Program-made: the position numbers and the translations under genes
From: Candidatus Omnitrophota bacterium
Lineage (GTDB): Bacteria > Omnitrophota > Gorgyraeia > Gygaellales > Profunditerraquicolaceae
DNA: 64,000 nucleotides
Direction: 5' to 3'
Assembly (NCBI GenBank): GCA_040754255.1
Contig: JBFMDA010000001.1
Span: forward strand, 2,535 to 66,534
Part shown: positions 29,466-38,563 of the stretch, in pieces
Numbering within the stretch: position 1 is the first letter of the stretch
How the letters are laid out: each line of letters starts with the position of its first letter
The notes under the pieces: generated by a model
The model's database searches: none
Seen by the model: only the letters and a program-made list of their open reading frames with translations
What the model was told of the DNA's origin: nothing

Positions 29466-32204
29466 ATGGGTAACAAAAACGTATACTTCTTCGGCGGGGG
29501 AAAGGCTGACGGCAACGAAAGCATGAAAAATCTACTGGGAGGCAAAGGCGCAAACCTTGCCGAAATGGCAGGGCATAAAGATTTACGCCTTCCTGTCCCT
29601 CCCGGATTTACCATTACCACCGACGTGTGCACTTATTATTATAAAAACAGAAAAACATACCCAAAAACGCTTAAAACTGAAGTCGCAAAAGCCCTGGAAA
29701 AAGTAGAAACACTTATGGGGAAAAAATTCGGCGACCCGGATGACCCGCTTTTGGTTTCGGTGCGTTCGGGTGCGCGCAGGTCAATGCCCGGCATGATGGA
29801 AACGATATTAAACGTGGGCCTCACCGAGAAGACTATCCCCGGCCTTATCAAAAAAAGCGGCGGTAACAGCCGTTTCGTCTATGATGCGTACCGGCGCCTG
29901 ATTATGATGTATTCCGACGTGGTTATGGAAAAGGCTGCCGGAATCGAGCCCAAAGATGACCAGGGCATCCGTAAGCAGCTGGAAAAAATAATGCAACGCA
30001 TGAAGGAAGAAAAAGGCTGCAAAGCCGACACTGACCTGGCTGCGGATGACTTACAAAAGCTCTGCGCGCTGTTTAAAGAAAAAATCAAGCAGGCCCTGGG
30101 AAAAGAATTCCCGGATACCCCCGGCGAACAATTATGGGGAGGCATCGGCGCGGTATTCTCATCATGGAACGGTAAACGCGCAATAAGCTATCGCCGTATT
30201 GAAAATATTCCTGATGAGTGGGGCACTGCCGTCAATGTTCAGACGATGGTGTTCGGGAATATGGGCAATGACTCCGCAACCGGCGTTGCCTTTACCCGTA
30301 ACCCCGGCAACGGCGAAAATAAATTCTACGGCGAATACCTGGTGAACGCGCAAGGCGAAGACGTAGTTGCCGGCATCCGCACCCCTGCGCCGATTAACGA
30401 ATACTCAAAATCCGAGCACAACAAAGAACTGGTTACCCTGGAAAAATCAATGCCCTCAATCTATAAAGAGCTGTTTGATATCCAGAACCGGCTTGAAACC
30501 CACTACCACGACATGCAGGATATCGAATTCACCATAGAAAAAGGCAAGCTCTTTATGCTGCAGTGCCGCGTGGGCAAACGCAACGGCCCGGCTGCAGTGC
30601 GCATGGCCGTGGATATGATCAAGGAAAAACTCATCAATAAAGAATTAGCGGTAACCCGCGTAACACCCAGCCAGCTCGATGAATTGCTGCACCCCATTAT
30701 CAATCCGAAAATTGAGCTAACCTATAAGCCGCTGGTAAAAGGATTGCCTGCCGGCCCGGGCGGGGCAACAGGCCAGATCGTCTTTTATGCGAATGACGCC
30801 GTTGAGTGGAAAAAGCAGGGAAAGCAGGTAATACTTGTGCGCGAGGAAACAAACCCCGAAGACGTGGAAGGGATGCGCGCCGCTGAAGCAATCCTGACTG
30901 CGCGCGGCGGCATGACCTCTCACGCAGCGTTAGTCGCCCGCGGCTGGGGCAAGTGCTGTATAGTCGGTTGCAGCAGCCTTGAAGTCGAAGCAGAGCAAAA
31001 AAAATTACGCGCCGGCGATAAGGTCCTCAACGAAGGCGACTGGATTACCCTAAACGGCACCAAAGGCAATGTCTACGAAGGCAAGCTACCGATGATGGAT
31101 GCCGGGGAAGAAAACGAGCTTTTGACTGAATTCTTAAAGATGTGCGACTCCGTCAAGAAGCTTGGCGTGCGCACAAATGCCGACACTCCCGACGACGCCA
31201 AAAAGGCAAGGCAGTTCGGCGCAAAAGGGATCGGCCTGTTCAGGACAGAGCATATGTTCTACGGCAAAGGTTCCGATGAGCCGCTTTTCGTTTTACGTAA
31301 AATGATCATCTCTAATACGCTCAAGGAAAGGCAGGCTGCAATTAATGAACTCTATCCTTTTGTGAAGAAAGATATCAAAGGCACGCTTGAGGCAATGGAC
31401 GGATACCCGGTTGTCATCAGGCTCCTTGACCCGCCGCTGCATGAATTCGTCCCCCGCGAAAAGGCAAAGCTTGAGCAATTAGCAAAAGACCTGAATATCT
31501 CGATGGATGAGTTGTCCAAGCGCGCGGACAACCTGCATGAGTCAAACCCGATGATGGGGCACCGCGGCGTGCGCCTTGGCGTTACGTATCCGGAAGTGAG
31601 CGCTATGCAGATACGCGCAATTTTTGAATCTGCTGCCGAGCTTATTAAGGAAGGAAAAAAGCCGTATCCTGAAATAATGATCCCGGTGGTCTGCGACGTA
31701 AAAGAACTGCAGGATCAGCTGGTAATCGCAAAGCAGGCGTATGAAGAGGTGCTGAAAAAATTTAACCTTAAAAAAATCAGGCATATGTTCGGCACGATGA
31801 TCGAAATCCCGCGCGCAGCGCTGGTAGCCGATAAGATTGCCGCAGTAGCGCAATTCTTTTCTTTCGGGACCAACGACCTTACCCAGATGGGGTTCGGGTT
31901 CTCGCGCGACGACATCGGCTCATTTTTGCCCGAATACATCAAAAAAGGAATATTGCCCGAAGACCCGTTCCAGTCAATCGACCAGGAGGGGATCGGCCAG
32001 CTTATCGAAATCGCAATCCAGCGCGGAAGAAAGGCCCAAAAGGGGCTTGAAATCGGCATCTGCGGCGAGCATGGCGGAGAGCCTCGCTCTGTAGAATTCT
32101 GCCATCGCGTCGGCATGGACTATGTCAGCTGTTCGCCGTTCCGCGTGCCCATTGCAATCCTGGCAGCAGCCCAGGCAGCGCTTAGAGAGAAGAAGAAAAA
32201 ATAA
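29466..32204 (+). CDS. ppdK: pyruvate, phosphate dikinase
   Basis: 912 aa. PEP-utilising enzyme motifs (GGMTSHAALVARGWGKCCIVG, catalytic His). N-terminal ATP-grasp. C-terminal TIM barrel. Confidence 0.9.
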   Translation: MGNKNVYFFGGGKADGNESMKNLLGGKGANLAEMAGHKDLRLPVPPGFTITTDVCTYYYKNRKTYPKTLKTEVAKALEKVETLMGKKFGDPDDPLLVSVRSGARRSMPGMMETILNVGLTEKTIPGLIKKSGGNSRFVYDAYRRLIMMYSDVVMEKAAGIEPKDDQGIRKQLEKIMQRMKEEKGCKADTDLAADDLQKLCALFKEKIKQALGKEFPDTPGEQLWGGIGAVFSSWNGKRAISYRRIENIPDEWGTAVNVQTMVFGNMGNDSATGVAFTRNPGNGENKFYGEYLVNAQGEDVVAGIRTPAPINEYSKSEHNKELVTLEKSMPSIYKELFDIQNRLETHYHDMQDIEFTIEKGKLFMLQCRVGKRNGPAAVRMAVDMIKEKLINKELAVTRVTPSQLDELLHPIINPKIELTYKPLVKGLPAGPGGATGQIVFYANDAVEWKKQGKQVILVREETNPEDVEGMRAAEAILTARGGMTSHAALVARGWGKCCIVGCSSLEVEAEQKKLRAGDKVLNEGDWITLNGTKGNVYEGKLPMMDAGEENELLTEFLKMCDSVKKLGVRTNADTPDDAKKARQFGAKGIGLFRTEHMFYGKGSDEPLFVLRKMIISNTLKERQAAINELYPFVKKDIKGTLEAMDGYPVVIRLLDPPLHEFVPREKAKLEQLAKDLNISMDELSKRADNLHESNPMMGHRGVRLGVTYPEVSAMQIRAIFESAAELIKEGKKPYPEIMIPVVCDVKELQDQLVIAKQAYEEVLKKFNLKKIRHMFGTMIEIPRAALVADKIAAVAQFFSFGTNDLTQMGFGFSRDDIGSFLPEYIKKGILPEDPFQSIDQEGIGQLIEIAIQRGRKAQKGLEIGICGEHGGEPRSVEFCHRVGMDYVSCSPFRVPIAILAAAQAALREKKKK

Positions 32205-32207
32205 CAA

Positions 32208-32293
32208 TTCCGTTTTGCGTATTGCGTATAGCGTATTGCATTAACTGTTTTCGCAATAAGGCCTACGCGATACGCACTACGCTATACACACAA
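32208..32293. repeat. TACGC-heptamer inverted-repeat hairpin element (GCGTATT arm, 20-nt loop, TACGCNA arm)
   Basis: TTGCGTATTGCGTATAGCGTATTGC ... GCGATACGCACTACGCTATACAC. The arms are approximate reverse complements. Confidence 0.8.
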
Positions 32294-32298
32294 CGAAT

Positions 32299-33105
32299 AT
32301 GGAAGCCCTAAAAACATATCTCAAGGAAATCCGGGAAATACCGCTGCTTACCGCAGCACAGGAAATCGATTTGAGCAAAAAGATCCAACGCGGCGACGAG
32401 AAAGCCCGCAAGGATATGATCCGCGCGAATTTAAGGCTCGTGATCAATATTGCCAAGCGTTACGTATATTTCGGCACCCCATTGCTTGACCTGATCGAAG
32501 AAGGCAACCTCGGCCTGATGAAAGCCGTCGATAAATTCAACCCCAAAAAAGGTTTTCGCTTCTCAACCTATGCGGCGTGGTGGATACGGCAGTCGATCAT
32601 GCGCTCGATCGGCCAGCAGGACAAGATGGTGCGCCTGCCTGTCTATATGAATGAGCTCATCACTAAATGGAAGAAGGCAAGGGAACAACTGACCCAGAAG
32701 TTAAAACGCAACCCTATGGATGATGAAATCGCCAAGAAAATAAAGCTGCCGAAGGGCAAGGTCGATGACGTCAATTTCTGGCTGACTACGCGGACCTCAT
32801 CTCTGGATGAGCCTATCGGCGACGAAGGAGAAAGCCAGGTAATGGATTTGATCCAGGACGAAAACGCAGCCACCCCCAGCGACGAAGTCGACGCGTTTCT
32901 CAACAAACAGCGCGTCAATAACCTCCTTGAGAAAATGTCGGCAAGGGAGCGTAAAGTGCTCGATATGCGTTTCGGGCTGGTTGACGGAAAAACACATACC
33001 CTTGCCGAGGTAGCCAACAAGCTGAAAGTTTCAAGAGAAAGGGTGCGCCAAATCGAAGAAAAGGCGCTTAAAAAACTAAGAAAGTTCGTGGAGGAGCAGG
33101 GATGA
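32299..33105 (+). CDS. RNA polymerase sigma-70 family factor (group 2/3-like, regions 2-4)
   Basis: Region 2 motifs (LIEEGNLGLMKAVDKF, YAAWWIRQ). Region 4 HTH (TLAEVANKLKVSRERVRQIE). Confidence 0.75.
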   Translation: MEALKTYLKEIREIPLLTAAQEIDLSKKIQRGDEKARKDMIRANLRLVINIAKRYVYFGTPLLDLIEEGNLGLMKAVDKFNPKKGFRFSTYAAWWIRQSIMRSIGQQDKMVRLPVYMNELITKWKKAREQLTQKLKRNPMDDEIAKKIKLPKGKVDDVNFWLTTRTSSLDEPIGDEGESQVMDLIQDENAATPSDEVDAFLNKQRVNNLLEKMSARERKVLDMRFGLVDGKTHTLAEVANKLKVSRERVRQIEEKALKKLRKFVEEQG

Positions 33106-33632
33106 AAAAAATAAATTTAGAGGAGCATATCAGGAGTATTCCTGATTTTCCCAAAAAGGGCATACTCTTCAGGGATATCACTACACTGATTAAAGACAAG
33201 GATGCATTTGCCTGCGCAATAGAGATGCTCACGGAAAAATACAAATCGGAAAAAATCGATAAGATAATTGCGGTTGAGTCCCGCGGCTTTATCCTCGGCG
33301 CAGCGCTGGCGTATACGCTCCATGCCGGGTTTGTGCCTGTGCGTAAAAAGGGAAAGCTTCCGGCAGCAACCATATCGGTGAGTTATTCCCTCGAATACGG
33401 AATAGACCACCTTGAGATCCATAAAGATGCGCTTTCAAAAGGCGAAAAGGTCTTGATTGTCGATGACCTTCTGGCAACCGGCGGCACTGTCGCGGCAACA
33501 ATAGACCTTGTCGAGCAATTCGGCGCAAAGATTATCGGCATCGCATTTTTAATCGAACTCGTTGACCTCCACGGCCGCGATAAACTTAAAAATTATCCCA
33601 TCTGCTCTTTGATACAGTTCCATGGAGAGTAA
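33102..33632 (+). CDS. apt: adenine phosphoribosyltransferase
   Basis: PRPP-binding motif VLIVDDLLATGGT. 176 aa. Confidence 0.85.
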   Translation: MKKINLEEHIRSIPDFPKKGILFRDITTLIKDKDAFACAIEMLTEKYKSEKIDKIIAVESRGFILGAALAYTLHAGFVPVRKKGKLPAATISVSYSLEYGIDHLEIHKDALSKGEKVLIVDDLLATGGTVAATIDLVEQFGAKIIGIAFLIELVDLHGRDKLKNYPICSLIQFHGE

Positions 33633-33790
33633 CAGTCTAAACTCTAAACACGAAATCCTAAATTCTAAACAAATCATAAATCACAAATCCCAATGAATTA
33701 AACGAATTCGTTTGAGATTTAAGAAGTTGGAAATTGGAATTTGTTTAGAATTTAGAGTTTCGGATTTAGAATTTGCCGGATAGCTCGTTT
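33633..33790. repeat. family-C heptamer palindrome: (TCTAAAC/AAATCAC)n, centre TAAACGAATTCGTTTGA, then (GAATTTG/TTTAGAA)n
   Basis: About 150-nt imperfect inverted repeat made of 7-nt units between the apt stop and tRNA-Arg. Confidence 0.75.
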
Positions 33791-33808
33791 TTATTCAATG
33801 CAAAAACC

Positions 33809-33882
33809 GCCCCTGTAGCTCATAAGGATAGAGCAGCAGTTTCCTAAACTGCGTGCGGCAGGTTCGATTCCTGCCAGGGGCA
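33809..33882 (+). tRNA. tRNA-Arg (anticodon CCT)
   Basis: Hand-folded cloverleaf: 7-bp acceptor GCCCCTG/CAGGGGC, D-arm GCTC/GAGC, anticodon loop TTCCTAA, T-arm GCAGG-TTCGATT-CCTGC, discriminator A. CCA not encoded. Confidence 0.8.
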
Positions 33883-34091
33883 AGTATTTATTAGTCGTAA
33901 AAACGGTGACTTGATAGAAAATGGCAGGGCAAGGTTCTCCCCCTACGCCCATAAAATAAAAAAAATTGGGCTTCGGGGGATTAATTCGCAGGCGCCCTTC
34001 GGGCTACGCTTTACGCCGTTTACTCGCCGTAAAGCGTCTGCTCATTAAGATTCCTGCCAGGGGCATTTTTTCGAATAAAATATTTCGAATT

Positions 34092-34220
34092 CGTTATGCG
34101 TATTGCGTAGTGCGTATCGCGGAAAACCAAAGCTAGCGCATAACGCTGAACGCTCAACGCATAACGCCGTACGCTATGCGCTATACGCTATACGCAATAC
34201 GGAATACGCACTACGAAAAG
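34092..34220. repeat. TACGC-heptamer inverted-repeat element (GCGTATN arm ... TACGCNA arm) ending ACGAAAAGGAGGG at the RBS
   Basis: CGTTATGCGTATTGCGTAGTGCGTATCGCG ... TACGCTATGCGCTATACGCTATACGCAATACGGAATACGCACTACGAAAAGG. Confidence 0.8.
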
Positions 34221-34229
34221 GAGGGCAAC

Positions 34230-34679
34230 ATGAAGCACGTTTTCATTATAGCACTAAGCATTCTGCTATTATCAACCACCGGCTGCGCGAATTTATCCAG
34301 AAAAGACGTAGGCACCCAAAGTAATCTGCTTGAGCCTTCAATGTCTGCGCGGTTCACGGACATCCCTGTTCCTGTGAGGTTCAAATTTATCCCCAAGGAA
34401 TCCTATGCCTTCGAATCCTCCGGCGTAAGAGTAGGCGTGCTTAAATACAGGGGAAAGGCAACTGCTGATCAGGTGCTCAATTTCTATAAAGAACAGATGC
34501 CGATGAACAGCTGGATGTTGCTAAATATTATTGAATATAATCAAAGGATAATGAATTTCGAAAAAAACAACGAGAGCTGTATTGTAACCCTTTTGCCATC
34601 AGGTAGTTCTGTTGCGGTAACCGTATATATCGGCCCGATTTCGCAATATCCGAAGAAGGCCAGCAGGCCTCTAAAATAG
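34230..34679 (+). CDS. hypothetical lipoprotein
   Basis: MKHVFIIALSILLLSTTGC lipoprotein signal with an AAAGGAGGG RBS. The ORF-track start at 34176 reads through the repeat. Confidence 0.55.
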   Translation: MKHVFIIALSILLLSTTGCANLSRKDVGTQSNLLEPSMSARFTDIPVPVRFKFIPKESYAFESSGVRVGVLKYRGKATADQVLNFYKEQMPMNSWMLLNIIEYNQRIMNFEKNNESCIVTLLPSGSSVAVTVYIGPISQYPKKASRPLK

Positions 34680-34912
34680 TAAAATTTTATCAAAAAATGC
34701 TTGACAAGCATAGGGTTATGTGATAAAAAAGGGTAAATTAGCTTATACCACTGGGGTTGGTTTAAATAGAAGGCGAGAAGGAGGTGGAGAGAAAACAAGC
34801 CTTAAATCAACAAAAATCCAGTGATATAACATAGATAGAAATTCTCTAGGAACAGCTTTAGACCCTAGTTGAAAAAATAGAAAGTTTTAGTCTTATAAAG
34901 GAGGATACATAA

Positions 34913-36217
34913 ATGAGTAAACGCTTAATCGCAATTTTGACTTTTGTGCTCGCAGTCGGCCTTACCGCTGCTGCCTACGCAGAAGTGCAAAATGTAAAAG
35001 TAAGCGGAGATTTGCTCATTAGCGGAGTCTCAAGACAGCAGTTTGATTTAAACAAAGGCGTCAAGGGCGATACCGTTAATGACAGCGAAGATATGTTCCT
35101 TTCGCAGACCCGCTTAAAAGTTGATGCCGACCTGACCGACAACGTTATGACCACCATCAGGCTCATCAACGAAAGAAACTGGGACGAAGAGAGCACCACC
35201 AATACCGACATCGACCTTGATCTGGCATTCGTTACCTTGAAAGAATTCCTTTTCTCACCCCTGTCTGTCACCGTTGGCCGCCAGGAATTAAGGTATGGTA
35301 ATGCATTGGTCATCGGTGCCGCAAATACCTACGCGGTTGCCACATTAAACGGCGTTCCTTCAGATCTTACTTTAAGGAAGGCGTTTGATGGTATCAAGGC
35401 AGTGTTGAATTACGACCCGTTAGTGGTTGATTTGGTGTATGCAAAAATCAACGAAAGCAACAACAAGCGTAACGAAGACACCAACCTCTACGGCGTAAAC
35501 GCAGCATATGCATTCAACAACAAACTCAAAGCAGAAGCATACTTATGGAACAAGAACAACAGCTCTACCGATGACAGCCAGAACATCAAGACCGTTGGCG
35601 CATTGGTAAGCGCAATGCCCGCAGAAGACCTGGTTGCTACCTTGGAATATGCGTATCAATTCGGTCAGTCAGCTACAGCTGGCGCGGACAGGCAGAGAGC
35701 ATTTGCCCTCCAGGCGTATATCAACTACGTATTCTCAAAAGTAAAATATACTCCTATGGTCAGTGCCAAATACACGTATTTAAGCGGTGACAAGGATGCC
35801 AATGATACAAAAGATAATGCATGGGATGCTATGTATTATGATCAATTTAGCTCGCCTATCGCATTCGCAATACTTCCTTTCACCGATGTGCAGGCAATCG
35901 CATTGAACGCAGGCTTAAAGCCCACAGAAGATACCGCAATTTCTGCGACATGGGCAAATTACAGGCTTGCCGAGTCATTACCAGGCGCTGCATTACAGAG
36001 CAACAAAAGAGACGGCGCAGGCAGCTTGTATACCTACACAATGCAGACCAACAAGAAAGACCTCGGTAATGAATTCGATCTTATGGGAACCTACGACTAC
36101 ACCGAAGATGTGCAGCTTGGTTTAATGTTTGGTTATTACAAACCCGGCAAGGCATTTGCCGCAAATAACCGTCGTCAGGCAACCGAGTTGATCGGTTCGA
36201 TGAAGGTCAGCTTCTAG
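34913..36217 (+). CDS. putative outer-membrane beta-barrel porin
   Basis: Signal peptide ending AYA. Alternating amphipathic strands. C-terminal KVSF with terminal Phe typical of OM beta-barrels. Confidence 0.5.
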   Translation: MSKRLIAILTFVLAVGLTAAAYAEVQNVKVSGDLLISGVSRQQFDLNKGVKGDTVNDSEDMFLSQTRLKVDADLTDNVMTTIRLINERNWDEESTTNTDIDLDLAFVTLKEFLFSPLSVTVGRQELRYGNALVIGAANTYAVATLNGVPSDLTLRKAFDGIKAVLNYDPLVVDLVYAKINESNNKRNEDTNLYGVNAAYAFNNKLKAEAYLWNKNNSSTDDSQNIKTVGALVSAMPAEDLVATLEYAYQFGQSATAGADRQRAFALQAYINYVFSKVKYTPMVSAKYTYLSGDKDANDTKDNAWDAMYYDQFSSPIAFAILPFTDVQAIALNAGLKPTEDTAISATWANYRLAESLPGAALQSNKRDGAGSLYTYTMQTNKKDLGNEFDLMGTYDYTEDVQLGLMFGYYKPGKAFAANNRRQATELIGSMKVSF

Positions 36218-36240
36218 TAGCACGGATGTTGGATACCACA

Positions 36241-36276
36241 CCCCTCGGGGGAGCAATCCCCCGGGGGTTTTTTATT
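36241..36276 (+). terminator. rho-independent terminator
   Basis: GC-rich stem CCCCTCGGGGG / CCCCCGGGGG with loop AGCAAT, followed by TTTTTTATT. Lies 25 nt after the porin stop. Confidence 0.7.
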
Positions 36277-36295
36277 CGTAAGAAAAACGATAATG

Positions 36296-36446
36296 TGAAA
36301 GGTTAAAGGTCCAAAGGGTAAGGTTATGGGTCTGGTTATTGGGTAAAGTAGGTAGTGTAAAAACGCACCAACAACCTCACCCCAACAACTAAACCATCAA
36401 CCTTACCTTAACCCAAGCAATACGCGATACGCAATACGCACTACGA
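36296..36446. repeat. composite heptamer-repeat element: (GGTTAAG)n, core, (CCTTAAC)n, then (TACGCNA)n ending TACGAACCT before the ATG
   Basis: Direct reading between the porin terminator and the GH57 start. Confidence 0.8.
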
Positions 36447-36450
36447 ACCT

Positions 36451-38007
36451 ATGATTTATCTCGCACTGATCTTCCACATGCACCAGCCCTACTACAAAAA
36501 CCTCCTGACCCAGGAGACGCCGGTGCCATGGGTGCGGCTGCACGGTACCAAGGACTACCTGGATATGGTCAGGATCCTTGATAACTACCCCGGCATCCGG
36601 CAGACCTTTAACCTGGTACCGTCGCTCCTTGAGCAGCTGGAAGATTATGTGGCCGGCACCATCAAAGACAAATTTTTAGAGCTTTCCTATAAGCCTGCCA
36701 AAGATCTGACTACAGAAGACAAATCCTTCATCCTTGAGCGCTTTTTTAGTATCCATAAAGAAACAGTCATCGCCTTTCATCCCCGTTATTATGAATTGTT
36801 TTTTAAGAAACAGAATAAAAAGGAGTTCAGTACACAGGATTACCTTGACCTGCAGGTATGGTTTAACCTTTCCTGGATAGACCCTTCCTTTCGAGACGAG
36901 CGGCCACAGTTAAAGCGCCTGGTGGACAAGGCGCGGTTCTTTACCGAAGAGGAAAAACTCTCCTGCCTTGAAGCGCAAAAAGAGATACTCGGGCAAATCA
37001 TCCCCGCATACAAACAAGCAAAAGAACGCGGCCAGATTGAGATTACCGTAAACCCCTATTACCATCCCATTTTGCCGCTTCTCTACAGCACTAATACCGC
37101 CAGGGAGGCTAACCCAAAAAGTGTGCTGCCTAAAACCGCGTTCTCGTATCCTGAAGACGCACAGTCACAGATTGATTCGGCAGTAGAGTTTTACAAAGAG
37201 CGCTTCGGCACGCTACCCGAAGGGATGTGGCCTTCTGAAGAAGCGGTCTCTGAACACATATTGCCCTTTATCATTAATGCCGGGATACAGTGGATCGTAA
37301 CAGACGAAGGCGTGCTTTTTAAATCGCTTAAGAAAAAGAAGCGCGATACCAAACTGTTATACCAGCCGCACCTGTTAAGAAGAGAAGGGGGCAACCTGCA
37401 CGTTGTGTTCCGCGACCGCAACCTTTCTGATCTCATCGGCTTTGTCTATTACAACCTGAAGGCAGAAGACGCGGTGAGTAATTTCATCGGGCACTTTGAA
37501 AATATCAATAAGGCGTTCAAGGGGCAGGATGTCCTTGTCACCCTTGCCATGGACGGAGAAAATGCCTGGGAATATTATTATAACGACGGCCATAACTTCC
37601 TTGAGCTTCTCTATAAGCGGCTTTGTGAATCAGAGATCATCAAAACAGTAACAGTCAGTGACTACATTAAACGCAAACCTGCCACACGCGCCCTCAAACA
37701 CCTTGCTGCCGGCTCCTGGATATATTCGGAATTCTCAAAATGGATTAATAACACCTATAAGAATAAGGCCTGGGAATACCTTTCAAAGGCACGTCTGGAA
37801 TTGAAACTTAACGCGGATAAGCTTGACGAGCGCGCAAAGCAGCTGGCATACAAGCAGATATACATCTGCGAAGGCTCTGACTGGTTCTGGTGGTATGGCG
37901 ACCGCGAAAAGGACTTCGATTACCTCTTCCGCATGCATTTATCTAACTTCTATACCATTATCGGTAAGCCAACCCCGGAGTATCTCAAGACCCCCCTTGA
38001 ACCGTAA
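36451..38007 (+). CDS. glycoside hydrolase family 57 enzyme (alpha-glucan branching / 4-alpha-glucanotransferase-like)
   Basis: N-terminal GH57 signature ALIFHMHQPYY...PWVRLHGTKDYLDM. 518 aa, similar in size to GH57 branching enzymes. Confidence 0.75.
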   Translation: MIYLALIFHMHQPYYKNLLTQETPVPWVRLHGTKDYLDMVRILDNYPGIRQTFNLVPSLLEQLEDYVAGTIKDKFLELSYKPAKDLTTEDKSFILERFFSIHKETVIAFHPRYYELFFKKQNKKEFSTQDYLDLQVWFNLSWIDPSFRDERPQLKRLVDKARFFTEEEKLSCLEAQKEILGQIIPAYKQAKERGQIEITVNPYYHPILPLLYSTNTAREANPKSVLPKTAFSYPEDAQSQIDSAVEFYKERFGTLPEGMWPSEEAVSEHILPFIINAGIQWIVTDEGVLFKSLKKKKRDTKLLYQPHLLRREGGNLHVVFRDRNLSDLIGFVYYNLKAEDAVSNFIGHFENINKAFKGQDVLVTLAMDGENAWEYYYNDGHNFLELLYKRLCESEIIKTVTVSDYIKRKPATRALKHLAAGSWIYSEFSKWINNTYKNKAWEYLSKARLELKLNADKLDERAKQLAYKQIYICEGSDWFWWYGDREKDFDYLFRMHLSNFYTIIGKPTPEYLKTPLEP

Positions 38008-38050
38008 TTTCGTATCGCGTATAGCGTAGTGCGTATAGCGTATAGCGCGT
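38008..38050. repeat. left GCGTATN-heptamer arm flanking the four-helix-bundle gene
   Basis: TTTCGTATCGCGTATAGCGTAGTGCGTATAGCGTATAGCGCG. Confidence 0.8.
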
Positions 38051-38057
38051 TAATGCG

Positions 38058-38420
38058 CTATTGGATTTTTTTACTCATATTGACTATCATAGCACAGATA
38101 TGGTCTACTAAGTCAGCTATGGGCAATAATGTTTCTTTGTCGAGATAACCAAGTTCTTTAGATATCTCAAGTTGCGTTTCAAGTTCTGCGCAAGAACCAA
38201 GCGCAAGAATAAGGAATTGTTTATGTTCTTTCGCATATCTTCTCCTGAAGCCTTCAGCAATGTTTGAAGGAATAGAGACGGCTGCACGGCGCATTTGGCT
38301 TGATAATCCATAGCGTTCATCCAGAGGAAACAGCTTTGTTGTTTTGTATATTTCTTTTGTCAATGCCATTCCCTTTTGCCAAACCTTTAAGTCTTTGAAT
38401 GTCCTGATTTTCTCTTCCAT
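38058..38420 (-). CDS. four-helix-bundle protein (23S rRNA intervening-sequence protein family)
   Basis: MEEKIRTFKDLKVWQKGMALTKEIYKTTKLFP...SQMRRAAVSIPSNIAEG is typical of this family. Start taken at the internal Met. The ORF-track extension to 38507 is repeat-encoded. Confidence 0.7.
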   Translation of the reverse strand: MEEKIRTFKDLKVWQKGMALTKEIYKTTKLFPLDERYGLSSQMRRAAVSIPSNIAEGFRRRYAKEHKQFLILALGSCAELETQLEISKELGYLDKETLLPIADLVDHICAMIVNMSKKIQ

Positions 38421-38471
38421 GAATACGCTTCTTTCTGTCTCATATAATAGACGTATAATATCTGATTTTCT

Positions 38472-38505
38472 CACGCAATACGCGATACGCAATACGCGAT
38501 ACGAC
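38472..38505. repeat. right TACGCNA-heptamer arm flanking the four-helix-bundle gene
   Basis: CGCAATACGCGATACGCAATACGCGATACGACAA. Inverse orientation to the arm at 38008..38050. Confidence 0.8.
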
Positions 38506-38513
38506 AATAACCT

Positions 38514-38542
38514 ATTGACAATAGGGCACTTTTGTGTTATAA
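38514..38542 (+). promoter_or_regulatory. sigma70-like promoter (TTGACA-17-TATAAA)
   Basis: -35 at 38514..38519 and -10 at 38537..38542, upstream of the 38564 gene. Confidence 0.4.
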
Positions 38543-38563
38543 ATTCTTTTTAATATAGAGAGT

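Noticed and set aside
31542-32207. Several minus-strand ORFs (103, 133 and 77 aa) inside ppdK
   Set aside because: They are antisense to a high-confidence 912-aa gene and have no independent support.
33883-34085. Possible small ORF or ncRNA in the stretch between tRNA-Arg and the next repeat
   Set aside because: There is no ORF over 40 codons and no recognisable structured RNA. Only short GC hairpins are present. The stretch is kept only as a possible integration scar (see findings).
34103-34324. 73-aa ORF MRSAYRGKPKLAHNAERSTHNAVRYALYAIRNTEYALRKGG upstream of the lipoprotein gene
   Set aside because: It is a translation of the TACGC/GCGTAT heptamer arms (YAIRNT and RYALYA motifs), so it is a repeat read-through artefact. 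The same artefact created the long N-terminal extensions in the ORF track at 34176, 38507, 22273 and 6320.
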